64,000 nucleotides of DNA from contig OZ024747.1 of assembly GCA_964016885.1 (NCBI GenBank), forward strand, positions 27,342,001-27,406,000, in the 5' to 3' direction. Positions 26,919 through 40,500 of this stretch are shown here, one piece after another. The stretch is from Eledone cirrhosa (lineage: Eukaryota). The notes beneath the pieces are model-generated. The model saw only the letters and a list, made by a program, of their open reading frames with translations. It made no database searches and was not told the origin of the DNA. The position numbers were made by a program, and so were the translations under genes. How positions within the stretch are numbered: position 1 is the stretch's first letter; each line of letters opens with the position of its first letter.

Positions 26919-27497
26919 TATATATATATATATGGGGAGGGGGGGGTAATGCATGGTAAACTAGGCATATATTTTCATAAAATACTTAAGTTTCATGATG
27001 CTGGTCTTTCAGTAAGTGAATCCTATTAATGGAGATGATTCATTTGTGTTAAGCCAACATCAATCACCAGTTTCTTTGAAAATGTATGCCTAGATTATCA
27101 TATATTACTTATATGATTACATGTCAAGGGCTCGTTCTTTCATTAGTTCTTTCAGGCAATGGTATGTGTGGGTGTATGTATTAATGTCATCCCAGATACA
27201 TTGTGTGTGTCTAACCACTTGCTTTACCAATGAAAATAGCCTTAAAATTCTTGTTGAAAATAGGGTTTTGTTTGAAGGATACCACAATGTGAATTAGGTG
27301 GTAAATGTTAGAAATTTGATGATAACAACAATTTTGGGGTGTTACCTTGCAGTTATTTATAAGGTCCTTATATTTCGGGATATAATCTATTTATGAAAAT
27401 ATTAATAGAAGAAACTAGTTTGTTTGTCATTTTTGTACTGTACAGATAATCTCAATTGTGACATCTACATGAATGTTCTGGTATGTTCTATCTTTAG

Positions 27498-27623
27498 GCC
27501 ACAATGCTAAAGAAAAGTAAGAATAAAATCAAGAGGCGTAATACAGAACCAAGTATTTTCTTCCCCGATAATGAGCAGACCAAAACTACTCACTCTCCCA
27601 ATGAGGAGAACAGGCCACTTTAA
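27498..27623 (+). CDS. DGKQ: DGK theta-like last coding exon
   Basis: tctttag acceptor 27496-27497, phase 0. ATMLKKSKNKIKRRNTEPSIFFPDNEQTKTTHSPNEENRPL then TAA at 27621-27623. LK|ATML fits the usual DGK C-terminal continuation. Confidence 0.85.
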   Translation, partial: ATMLKKSKNKIKRRNTEPSIFFPDNEQTKTTHSPNEENRPL

Positions 27624-29388
27624 CAGAGTATGTACATGATTACCTCCCTTTTCTTTCTTCATCATCCTCCACCCAATTTGTTGAGCTAGAATACTTTATT
27701 TATCTATGTAACACTGATTAACCCATTAACCAGTAACTATGACAATTCCACTTCAATGTTACTAAAGCAACATGTGTAAACAGTGTGTGTGATCTGGTCC
27801 TCAGTAGAAATGGCTACATCTTTGAGGTAAACATTTCCCAAAGATGTTGAGTTCATAAGACAAGCTCAAGATAGATCCATGTTTCCTGAACTCCTACTAT
27901 CATGTCATATCTTGGCCATTTAAAACCTGCTAGAGCACATCCCTCACCAGGTGAGGATGCATCAATGAAGACATTTTTTGTTCCAAATTTGAAACCACAT
28001 CATTCTATCTTGGTCATTATCTTGGTTCCATGTTGTCCAATAGCTCTGAGAAATAATCAGATAACTTGGTGTTCCTAAATACTTGACTAATTCATTTAAA
28101 CTGGCTGTATCTGGCCTGAATTCTCTCACCTCTTCCTGTTCAAACCAGCCATAACTGGCTGCTCATACTTATGTTAAGGTATTGTTCTCAAAACAAATAA
28201 TATCAAAATCTCATAGATTTGATATTATGTGAGATAATTATGTACGGTAAAGCCTTTACCATGAAAATACAATAGTAAATATAGAGTAATGGAAATATTA
28301 AAGGGTTAAGGACCCAATGTTCTTTAATCCTTTTGATACCAACCTGACCGAGACTGCCTATTTAATTTAAATTTAAACCTGCTTTCAAAATTTTACAGAA
28401 AAACCATCAATGTTCTGTTCTAAACAGTAATTTCATAATGAGAGAAATTAGTTATTTTACTAAACACTCTTAAATTCTTTATTGGAAGAATTAACTGAAA
28501 TACAGAAGTTATGTATTTTGTTAGAAATCTGGCCGCACAAAAGTTAAAAGCTTAATTACTATTCAGGGACAGTGCAGTGAGGCGCGGGGGGGGGGGCTAA
28601 ATAATTATATTTTTCTCCCCAAACTACCAAAACACACATCTATTTGTATATGTACTACAATTTATGTACATGTTATGTTTATCACATATCAAAGTTTTTT
28701 ATATCTTGGTTGATATTTGGTAACAACAGTGTAATATATTGTTAACCTTCATAGTAAATATTTTTTGTCATGTCATAACTTTTTCTCCACATATCACTAT
28801 TTGCCAATTGCTGTTATTAGTATGTGCATTCAGAGACTAATTTCATAGGTCATTTTGTTATCACTTTATAATTATAATCTGTAAATGTAATGAGATCTGC
28901 TTGGTCTCAAATTGCATTTTCTGACCATTTTAGAGAGCAAAGAGCTAAACTAATCACAACTAAATTTGCTCCCCCTCATTTCAGAAATGCTTCCACCGCC
29001 TCTGTTATTCACTATCTAAGTACATTGCTATTGTTGTTAGTTTTTTTTTACACACATATAAACACACACACAAACACAAACATATTCATACATTTTCCAC
29101 ATACACATTCACACATATAAACACACAGAGACAAACCTATACACACACACACACACACAGAGCCACAAACCTATAGACACATATAAACACACACAGACAC
29201 AAACCTATACATACATTTTCCACATACACATACAAACACACACAGGCACAAACCTATACATACATTTTACACATACACACATATAAATACACATGGACAC
29301 AAACCTAAACATACATTTTCGACATACATATACACTCATATGACCCCACTGTAATTACAGGTATTGTTCTGTTTCTGTTCTCTTGCAG

Positions 29389-29470
29389 CCTTCCCCCAAG
29401 CAACGATGATGCTACTGTGTGTGTCCTGTATATCTAGAATATGTAAATAAAACATTATTTGCTAGTAAAC
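29389..29470 (+). other. Putative non-coding 3'UTR exon start of DGKQ (3' end uncertain)
   Basis: Strong polypyrimidine acceptor (tgttctgtttctgttctcttgcag, ag 29387-29388), a GTATGT donor at 27628 just after the stop codon, and AATAAA near 29446. Confidence 0.4.
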
Positions 29471-30126
29471 AAAATAATTATTAAAAGATATTAAAACAGT
29501 CACTTTTAGATCCTTGCTGAAGAAAAAAGAAAAGATTAAAAAAGAAAAACCATAAAAAAATGGAAAAAAAAGGAAAAAAAAAAAGAACAAAATGCAAAAA
29601 TATCAGCTGTTGTCATTGTGGTGGCCACCATATGATTGTCTCGATGTGGTGGTCATCATCATGTTGTAGTGACCAACATAATTGCAGTTGTGGTGGTCAC
29701 CAGCTGTCTCATAGGTATGCAAACATACATATAATTAATGAAGCGTGTGAGAGTGTGCGTGTGTGTGTGTACGCGTGTGTGTACGTGTGTGTGAGTGTGT
29801 GTGTGTGTGCACACACACCACCAACAACAACATATATATGCAGTCATTTTACATGCATGCGCATGCAGTCACACCCACATACACACACACGCATGCACAC
29901 ACACATACACACATACATGCATGCACATTCACATTAATTGCAATCTTTAATGTTTTATGTATTAAATGTATATTCTGTTTAAAAAAAAAAAGATCCCGTG
30001 CCTATGGAGGACACCAAGGATATTCGACGGAAACTATATATACATATAATTATATATATATATATATATATAATTATATGGATATACATACATATATATA
30101 ATACATATATTACATACACACACACA

Positions 30127-30163
<37 letters not shown>

Positions 30164-30179
30164 CACACACACATATACA

Positions 30180-30234
<55 letters not shown>

Positions 30235-30741
30235 ACATGCCATCTTTGTCCAGCAAGCTGTGGAGGGAGCTACAGCATGGCCGTTCACCTGAGCCTCTGT
30301 TATCTGTCTGTCTGCCTGTCTATGTGTGGTGTGTGTGAATAGATTGTGAGCCAACAATGTTGTTTACCATACAGAGACAGGGGAGGAAATCTGAGGCCAG
30401 GGAAAGGAAATAGCTCTGCAGTCTCCTTGCTCAACAAATCCAATGGATTACTTACTCACCCTTCTCAACCCCTCACCTCCTTAATAACCTAACTACATCA
30501 ACAACAACTACCACTACAACACACCAAAATTCCTGCAAAAAATTATCAATTATTATAGAGAATATACAAAAGAAAGCATATATATATATATATATACATA
30601 TATATACACACACACATACACACATTTATACATGTATGCATATATATATGTATACATATATATATATGTGTATATATATATGTATCTATGTATATATATG
30701 TATTATCTATGTATATATATGTATTATATATGTATATATAA

Positions 30742-30804
<63 letters not shown>

Positions 30805-31464
30805 GTGTTTATGTATGTGTGTATATATATATATATATGCAATGTAAAATATCTTCAATTCCTCCTCCCCTGGAATATATTGGAACTGGTAAACGGTAAG
30901 CTATGTCTGTGTGAGAAACATTTCTGGTGTAAGAAGTAAACCAGGAGGTGCAGATTGAAATAGGACAAACAGCAAAATATTGGTTTTGGAACATAAGGAG
31001 AAAAAAACACAGTTGTATTAATGTGATGTGTGAGGTGAAAAAACACATAAAAGGAAATGTGTGTGTATACATATATATATGTGTGTGTACATGTGTGTGC
31101 GTATGTATATGTATGTATATATATATATATGTATGTATATTTGTGTATGTATATATATGTGTGTATATTTGTGTATGTGTATATATATATGTGTATATAT
31201 ATATGTATGTATATTTGTGTATGTATATATGTATATTTGTGTATGTATATATATGTGTATTATATATATGTATATATATGTGTATGTATATATATATGTG
31301 TATGTATATATATGTACATATGTATATGTGTATATATATATATATATGTACATATGTGTATGTATGTATATGTGTATGTATATATATATATGTACATATA
31401 TATATATGTATATATGTGTATATATTTATATATATATATTTATTTATATATATATATATTATAG

Positions 31465-31514
<50 letters not shown>

Positions 31515-32987
31515 GTGCATGTGTGTGTGTACATATACATACATACAAACACATATGCATATGAGTGTGCATACACACATGTAGCTGTGTAGCTGCTGCT
31601 CATAGTTGCACACTAAATGCACGGGGTGTATAGCCAAGCCGTTAAACAAAAGTGTGATAACTGACGACTGTTGGCTACCATGACAACCCCCTCCCCATTA
31701 CTAGGACAGACACCCCCCCTAGAATTATGTCAGGTGGTAGCTAAATCTAGATGGACAATTAACAACAACTACTACTACAACATATTTTAAAATATATATA
31801 CATATATATATATATACAAAATCAACCAAAATTCCCCATCTCTCCGAAAAAAATATAAGAAAAAACGAAAAAATAACTAATCTTAACCGATCATATCCCC
31901 AATGTTATATTTTATCATGATTATATGTCCACGTTGTTCAACTTGACCATGTACCTCCTAATACCCTCCATGTCTTGAATTATTACTGATATTCATGTTA
32001 TTATTATCATTATTATTCTTATTCTTCTTATCACTATTATTGTTGCTGTTATTATATTCTTCCATGTGTGTTCTCTCCCCTTGATCATGTCCACACATAC
32101 ACACTTATACACACATACATCTACATCACACCACCACCAACACCACACTATAGTACACACACAACCAACCAACTTACACATCCGCCCTTCCCCCATTTTA
32201 TTTGGTCACCAGTCCGACTTTGTTATGTCTCCTCTCCTCTCCACACCCAACCAACTGTCCCTTCTTGTTACTCTCCACACCACATGAACCCCCACCCACC
32301 CCACGCCACCACCACCACCACTACTACAACTATCATTAATTGGTCACTTTTCTGTTGATCACCTCTTTACTCTCTACCACCCTTCCACCTTATTGTTGTT
32401 TAACCCTACCCCGTTCGTCTGTCTGTCTAAATTTCTCCCCCTTAACCGCCCACCCAAATTTCACCCTGATGTATAACTCTAATTTATCTTGTTGAGGGAA
32501 AAAAATATATATATATATTTATCACTTAAATCTGTGATCTAATTTCTTTCTCTGTGAAGAAAGATTCCTGTTTGGTATTATTATCATTATTTTATCATTA
32601 TTATTATTAATATTAATATTATTCGACCCTAAAACAACTGCAGTATCAAAGACTTTTTTAAAAAGCATTCACTCCAACAATTCTATCAAATTCTACCAGT
32701 TTCTATCAGATTTCAAACATTTTCAATGTTTTCTTTAATTCTGCTACATATTTATACTCTTCTCTCTCTGTCTCAGTCTCTTTCTCCTTTCTTTATCTCT
32801 CTATCCCCCCCCCCTCTCTCTCTCTGTCACCTTCACACCTTTCTCGCTTTACCAATCACATACATATGCACCTTCTCTCATCATTTAATGTTTATTTATA
32901 TTTTCATTTTGAATTTATTTTAATTTTTTTTTTTTGCATACAATCTCTCCTCCACCACTTTTCTTCCACATTTTTATTCTAATACAA

Positions 32988-33025
<38 letters not shown>

Positions 33026-33733
33026 GTGTGTGTGTGAAGAAAAAGAAATGTCAATATTTTAGTGACAGTTCCAACTTATCTTGGACACTGGAAGAAAACA
33101 AGTCTTTTTCAGCTTCTACTGTTACAGTGATGTGAGTGTGTGTACACACACTCACACATGCACATATAAATATGTATACACTGACACATACACATATATT
33201 GACATACATACGTATATTTTGGTTTTGTAAATTCCAATGCATAGATACAAAGATATATACACACCAACAGATTTATAAATTTATATCATATATATTTAAA
33301 ATTATGCCTAATATATATATATACATTATCATCATCATCATCATCATCTTCGTCATCACTGTTTAATGGGTTTTCACATTATGAAGTCAGAGAGACTAAG
33401 TGACTTCGTTTTATTCATACAATCTAATTTTTGGTTGGTTTTCTATGGCTGAATATCCTTCCTAATGCTAACCACATTACAGTGCATAGAGGAAGCTTTT
33501 TACTGGCACCAATACGACCACCTTACAGAGTGAACTGGGTGCTTTTTGCCATGGAACCAATATGACCACCTCTCTCTCTCTCTATGTATATATATATATA
33601 ATGTGTGTGTGTGTGATTGTATGTATATTTATATACTTCGTTTTTGTATTTGTTTTGCAAGATTCTTGATGTGAAATTATGTCTTGAAACAGTTATTGTT
33701 ATATTTTGGGAGGGTCATGCCTCCAATAAACAT

Positions 33734-33930
33734 ACACAAACCAGTTAAGTTTCACTTCAGTTTATTATTAGCGTAAAATAGAACAAGGAGGAAACACAGA
33801 GTAACAGAAATAGTCATTGAGGAGATCACAGAATCTGTGACAAAAAAGCTTTGACAATTTACAGTTAAACAGCCATCTGGTTACTAAACTAATTAATAAT
33901 AAACTGAAGTGAAACTCAACTGGTGTGTGT
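33734..33930. mobile_element. MITE-like element with ~37-bp terminal inverted repeats
   Basis: acacaaaccagttaagtttcacttcagtttattatta / taataataaactgaagtgaaactcaactggtgtgtgt (about 2 mismatches). Confidence 0.55.
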
Positions 33931-33984
33931 GTTAATTGGCAACAGGATCCTCCCAAAGTATAACTATATATATATGTGCTCACA

Positions 33985-34668
33985 CACACAATATTATTGA
34001 GGTATAATATTTATATCTAGTAAAACAAAACATAGTAAGCAAAAATACATTTAAAGGCAAACACAATTTTACTTACATTATAATTAATAAATCCTATTAT
34101 AATTGTTTAGACTGCAATTTTGGACAACAAAGAAAAAATAATTCAAATGGTTAATCACTAAATGAAGTCAAATCATCCTCATCATTGCTGCTCCCTTAAT
34201 TAGTTAATTTAGGTTGAATTGTAGTTTTGAGGCGTTTGGTGAGTTATTTTTTTAACTTTCCTCTGAACCTTCAGCCTTTTAATGCTTTTATTGAACTGGC
34301 TACTTTTTAAAGCAAAAATACACATGGTTTTTTATTAATACATGTGCATTTTGGGCTATGAAATTAGTCATCTCCTTGACTTTGATACCAACGCAAGTCA
34401 ATTCATTTGAATTCTCTTGTATAGGCTTAATAGTAGTTTGCAAGATAATGCTTACTGATGAGGATGATTTGTCTTAATTTACTGATTAACTATTTTAATT
34501 ACGATAATTAATATTTTTTCTTTGTTTATCATCTAAAACCACAGTCTTAGCAATTATAATTGGATTTACTAATTATAATGTAAGTAAAATTGTGTTTTTA
34601 AGTGTATTTTTTTGCTTACTATGTTTTGTTTTATTAAATATGAATATTATACCTCAATAATAGTGTGT
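33985..34668. repeat. Diverged ~200-bp inverted repeat (33985-34185 and 34455-34668) carrying decayed hammerhead motifs
   Basis: tattattgaggtataatatt...aaatcatcctcatca is mirrored by tgatgaggatgattt...aatattatacctcaataata. Confidence 0.8.
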
Positions 34669-35339
34669 AAATCTTGCTCTTAAAATTTGGATTTTAGCCC
34701 TTAATGTTCATTGAGCTTGTTATGGTATAATTGGATTGAGATAATTTATTTCAATCTATATTTTGTGATATCTATATATATATATATATATATGCAAAAG
34801 CCAAACAGAAATAACAAAGCAAATCACACAGTATAATGAAGAAATATATTATTAGTTTTATGCTTGATATAGTAGGAAAAGAGTCTTAACATTTTGGACA
34901 CTAGTCCTTTATCAGAAAATAGACTGAGAGCTACAGACGTATATCTATGCATATGTGTGTCTGTGTATATCTATGTATGTATATGGTGTCTTCTTTAAGC
35001 ATATATTACCATATTGATATACATACATGCCACATGCACACTCACACACACAAACATATATATAATTTGACCTGCCAATCTGATTGATTTCTCTCTATCA
35101 ATAAATCACAATCTTCTAACTTTTGCCTTTTCTAATGTTCTTCAAATCTGGGAACACTTGGCTGTACATTTCCCCCTTCATGGCTAACCATGTCCATTAA
35201 CATATTGGGGTGCAGTCAGGGTTAACACTATCTTCACCATTTACATACTGCAACACAGTGTTAACATCCCCACTTTTACCACACTGGGGCACAACCAGAG
35301 TTAACCACACCTCCCTAATTATTACACTGAGGAACAATA

Positions 35340-38300
35340 AGGTACAGTCAGGGCTAACTACATCTGCACCATTACCACACTACAGCACTGTCAAGGCTAA
35401 CCACATTACCACACTGGGACACAGTCAGGGCTAACCACATCCCCACCATTACCACACTACAGCACATTCAGGGCTAACTGCATCTCCACCATTACCACAC
35501 TGCAGCACTGTCAGGGCTAACTACATCTCTGCCATTACCACACTACAGCACTGTCAAGGCTAACTACATCTGCACCATTACCACACTGCAGCACTGTCAG
35601 GGCTAACTACATCTCTGCCATTACCACACTACAGCACTGTCAAGGCTAACCACATTACCACACTGGGACACAGTCAGGGCTAACCACATCCCCAACATTA
35701 CCACACTACAGCACATTCAGGGCTAACCACATCCCCAACATTACCACACTACAGCACATTCAGGGTTAACCACATCCCCAACATTACCACACTACAGCAC
35801 AGTCAGGGCTAACTACATCCCCAACATTACCACACTACAGCACATTCAGGGCTAACTACATCCCCAACATTACCACACTACAGCACATTCAGGGCTAACC
35901 ACATCCCCAACATTACCACACTACAGCACATTCAGGGCTAACTACATCCCCAACATTACCACACTACAGCACATTCAGGGTTAACCACATCCCCAACATT
36001 ACCACACTACAGCACATTCAGGGCTAACCACATCCCCACCATTACCACAATACAGCACATTCAGGGCTAACTACATCTCCACCATTACCACACTACAGCA
36101 CATTCAGGGCTAACTGCATCTCCACCATTACCACACTACAGCACAGTCAGGGTTAACTACATCCCCAACATTACCACACTACAGCACATTCAGGGCTAAC
36201 TACATCCCCAACATTACCACACTACAGCACATTCAGGGTTAACCACATCCCCAACATTACCACACTACAGCACAGTCAGGGCTAACTACATCCCCAACAT
36301 TACCACACTACAGCACATTCAGGGCTAACTACATCCCCAACATTACCACACTACAGCACAGTCAGGGCTAACTACATCCCCAACATTACCACACTACAGC
36401 ACAGTCAGGGCTAACTACATCCCCAACATTACCACACTACAGCACAGTCAGGGCTAACTACATCCCCAACATTACCACACTACAGCACAGTCAGGGCTAA
36501 CTACATCCCCAACATTACCACACTACAGCACATTCAGGGCTAACTACATCCCCAACATTACCACACTACAGCACATTCAGGGCTAACTGCATCTCCACCA
36601 TTACCACACTACAGCACATTCAGGGTTAACCACATCCCCAACATTACCACACTACAGCACATTCAGGGCTAACTACATCCCCAACATTACCACACTACAG
36701 CACATTCAGGGTTAACCACATCCCCAACATTACCACACTACAGCACATTCAGGGCTAACTACATCCCCAACATTACCACACTACAGCACATTCAGGGCTA
36801 ACCACATCCCCAACATTACCACACTACAGCACAGTCAGGGTTAACCACATCCCCAACATTACCACACTACAGCACAGTCAGGGCTAACCACATCCCCAAC
36901 ATTACCACACTACAGCACAGTCAGGGCTAACTACATCTCCACCATTACCACACTACAGCACATTCAGGGTTAACCACATCCCCAACATTACCACACTACA
37001 GCACATTCAGGGCTAACTACATCCCCAACATTACCACACTACAGCACAGTCAGGGCTAACTACATCCCCAACATTACCACACTACAGCACATTCAGGGCT
37101 AACTACATCCCCAACATTACCACACTACAGCACAGTCAGGGCTAACTACATCTCCACCATTACCACACTACAGCACATTCAGGGTTAACCACATCCCCAA
37201 CATTACCACACTACAGCACATTCAGGGCTAACTACATCCCCAACATTACCACACTACAGCACATTCAGGGTTAACCACATCCCCAACATTACCACACTAC
37301 AGCACATTCAGGGCTAACTACATCCCCAACATTACCACACTACAGCACAGTCAGGGCTAACTACATCCCCAACATTACCACACTACAGCACATTCAGGGC
37401 TAACTACATCCCCAACATTACCACACTACAGCACAGTCAGGGCTAACTACATCTCCACCATTACCACACTACAGCACATTCAGGGTTAACCACATCCCCA
37501 ACATTACCACACTACAGCACATTCAGGGCTAACTACATCCCCAACATTACCACACTACAGCACATTCAGGGTTAACCACATCCCCAACATTACCACACTA
37601 CAGCACAGTCAGGGTTAACCACATCCCCAACATTACCACACTACAGCACAGTCAGGGCTAACTACATCTCCACCATTACCACACTACAGCACAGTCAGGG
37701 TTAACTACATCCCCAACATTACCACACTACAGCACATTCAGGGCTAACTACATCCCCAACATTACCACACTACAGCACAGTCAGGGCTAACTACATCCCC
37801 AACATTACCACACTACAGCACAGTCAGGGCTAACTACATCTCCACCATTACCACACTACAGCACATTCAGGGTTAACCACATCCCCAACATTACCACACT
37901 ACAGCACATTCAGGGCTAACTACATCCCCAACATTACCACACTACAGCACAGTCAGGGCTAACTACATCCCCAACATTACCACACTACAGCACATTCAGG
38001 GCTAACTACATCCCCAACATTACCACACTACAGCACAGTCAGGGCTAACTACATCCCCAACATTACCACACTACAGCACAGTCAGGGTTAACTACATCCC
38101 CAACATTACCACACTACAGCACAGTCAGGGCTAACTACATCCCCAACATTACCACACTACAGCACAGTCAGGGCTAACTACATCTCCACCATTACCACAC
38201 TACAGCACATTCAGGGTTAACCACATCCCCAACATTACCACACTACAGCACATTCAGGGCTAACTACATCCCCAACATTACCACACTACAGCACAGTCAG

Positions 38301-39520
38301 GGCTAACTACATCCCCAACATTACCACACTACAGCACATTCAGGGCTAACTACATCCCCAACATTACCACACTACAGCACAGTCAGGGCTAACTACATCC
38401 CCAACATTACCACACTACAGCACAGTCAGGGCTAACTACATCTCCACCATTACCACACTACAGCACAGTCAGGGCTAACTACATCCCCAACATTACCACA
38501 CTACAGCACAGTCAGGGTTAACTACATCCCCAACATTACCACACTACAGCACATTCAGGGCTAACTACATCCCCAACATTACCACACTACAGCACAGTCA
38601 GGGCTAACCACATCCCCAACATTACCACACTACAGCACATTCAGGGCTAACTACATCTCCACCATTACCACACTACAGCACATTCAGGGCTAACTGCATC
38701 TCCACCATTACCACACTACAGCACATTCAGGGCTAACTACATCCCCAACATTACCACACTACAGCACATTCAGGGTTAACTACATCTCCACCATTACCAC
38801 ACTACAGCACATTCAGGGTTAACTACATTTCCACCATTACCACACTACAGCACATTCAGGGCTAACCACATCCCCAACATTACCACACTACAGCACATTC
38901 AGGGTTAACTACATCTCCAACATTACCACACTACAGCACATTCAGGGCTAACTGCATCTCCACCATTACCACACTACAGCACAGTCAGGGTTAACTACAT
39001 CTCCACCATTACCACAATACAGCACATTCAGGGCTAACTACATCCCCAACATTACCACACTACAGCACAGTCATGGTTAACCACATCCCCAACATTACCA
39101 CACTACAGCACATTCATGGTTAACCACATCCCCAACATTACCACACTACAGCACAGTCATGGTTAACCACATCCCCAACATTACCACACTACAGCACATT
39201 CAGGGCTAACCACATCCCCAACATTACCACACTACAGCACAGTCAGGGCTAACTGCATCTCCACCATTACCACAATACAGCACAGTCAGGGCTAACCACA
39301 TCCCCAACATTACCACACTACAGCACAGTCAGGGTTAACCACATCCCCAACATTACCACACTACAGCACAGTCAGGGCTAACCACATCCCCAACATTACC
39401 ACACTACAGCACATTCAGGGCTAACTGCATCTCCACCATTACCACACTACAGCACAGTCAGGGCTAACCACATCCCCAACATTACCACACTACAGCACAT
39501 TCAGGGCTAACCACATCCTC
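35340..39520. repeat. 43-bp tandem satellite, about 4.2 kb (roughly 95 copies)
   Basis: Unit cagggctaactacatccccaacattaccacactacagcacatt, with degenerate copies at the left edge. Confidence 0.97.
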
Positions 39521-40172
39521 AGCATTCACACACTGGGACACAATTGGCCCTCTTTTCTCTCCATGTCTACAACACTGCTACCTCTGTTCTACTGAACAAC
39601 AATCACTGCTTCAGGAAGGGGCCACACACACACATACACAAATGCCTACATGAACACAAACATTCACTCACATACACATGTACTCACACATATATACACT
39701 CAGCGATATGCACAATTTTGCACCTACATAAATACAAACACATACATACATAAACATAGATTTGATTCTTTTAAAATTAATGAAGCATTGGGAACATTTG
39801 AAATGTGTGCATCCCAATGCAAATGACTATAATAGTAGTTGATCTCTGTAAATAATAGTCAAGGATATTGGTTAAAGTAACAGTGATTGATTGTTAATAA
39901 GGTCAATGTCATTGGTTGAGACACACACATTTCATATATATATATATATATACACACAGAGGTGTGGGTACAAACAAAAGGAAAGTGCAATTAACACATG
40001 GTGTGGAAGTTGAGAATATTTGTATTAACATTTTAACTTATTTCTGCATTACAAGCAGTTTCATAGACATAGACATTCTAGCTCCCCCAGAAGCTTCAGA
40101 TGCATGTGAATAAGTTAGACATTTTATGTCTATGAAACCACAAGTAATTCATGAATAAGTGAAACTTTTAAT

Positions 40173-40500
40173 GTACTCTTGGATTCCAAATAACGGAGGG
40201 GTGGTTTGAATAAGCAGAGCAGAGGGTTGGAAAATTGATAATTTTTCGAGGTTGTCTCCCTTGATTTTTTAATTAGTTGTTTAGATTATATATTGAGACC
40301 CCTACCCATCCTATTTATTTTATAATATCTGGGATTTCTTGTAGTGTTTTTTTTTGTCATGTGTAATGTTTTTTTATATCTAAAGAAAATTAATTATTGC
40401 AGGAATGCTACCACTTAAAATAAAATTTAACCGGAGATAGATTAGCAAAATGCAATAAGTGTGTGGGAGGGGGTGAGGATTATTTGAGACCCGCGAGTAC
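40173..40500. mobile_element. Possible old MITE
   Basis: Imperfect terminal inverted repeats gtactcttggattccaaataa / ttatttgagacccgcgagtac. Confidence 0.35.

Noticed and set aside
30240-30480. Possible extra coding exon after a ctttgtccag acceptor-like site
   Set aside because: No recognisable protein similarity or convincing donor. It lies downstream of the DGKQ stop and is probably UTR or intergenic.
35340-39520. Common origin of the 43-bp satellite and the 47-bp satellite (shared acatcccc.aca.t core on opposite strands)
   Set aside because: The match is only about 14 nt in low-complexity A/C-rich sequence, and the rest of the monomers do not align.
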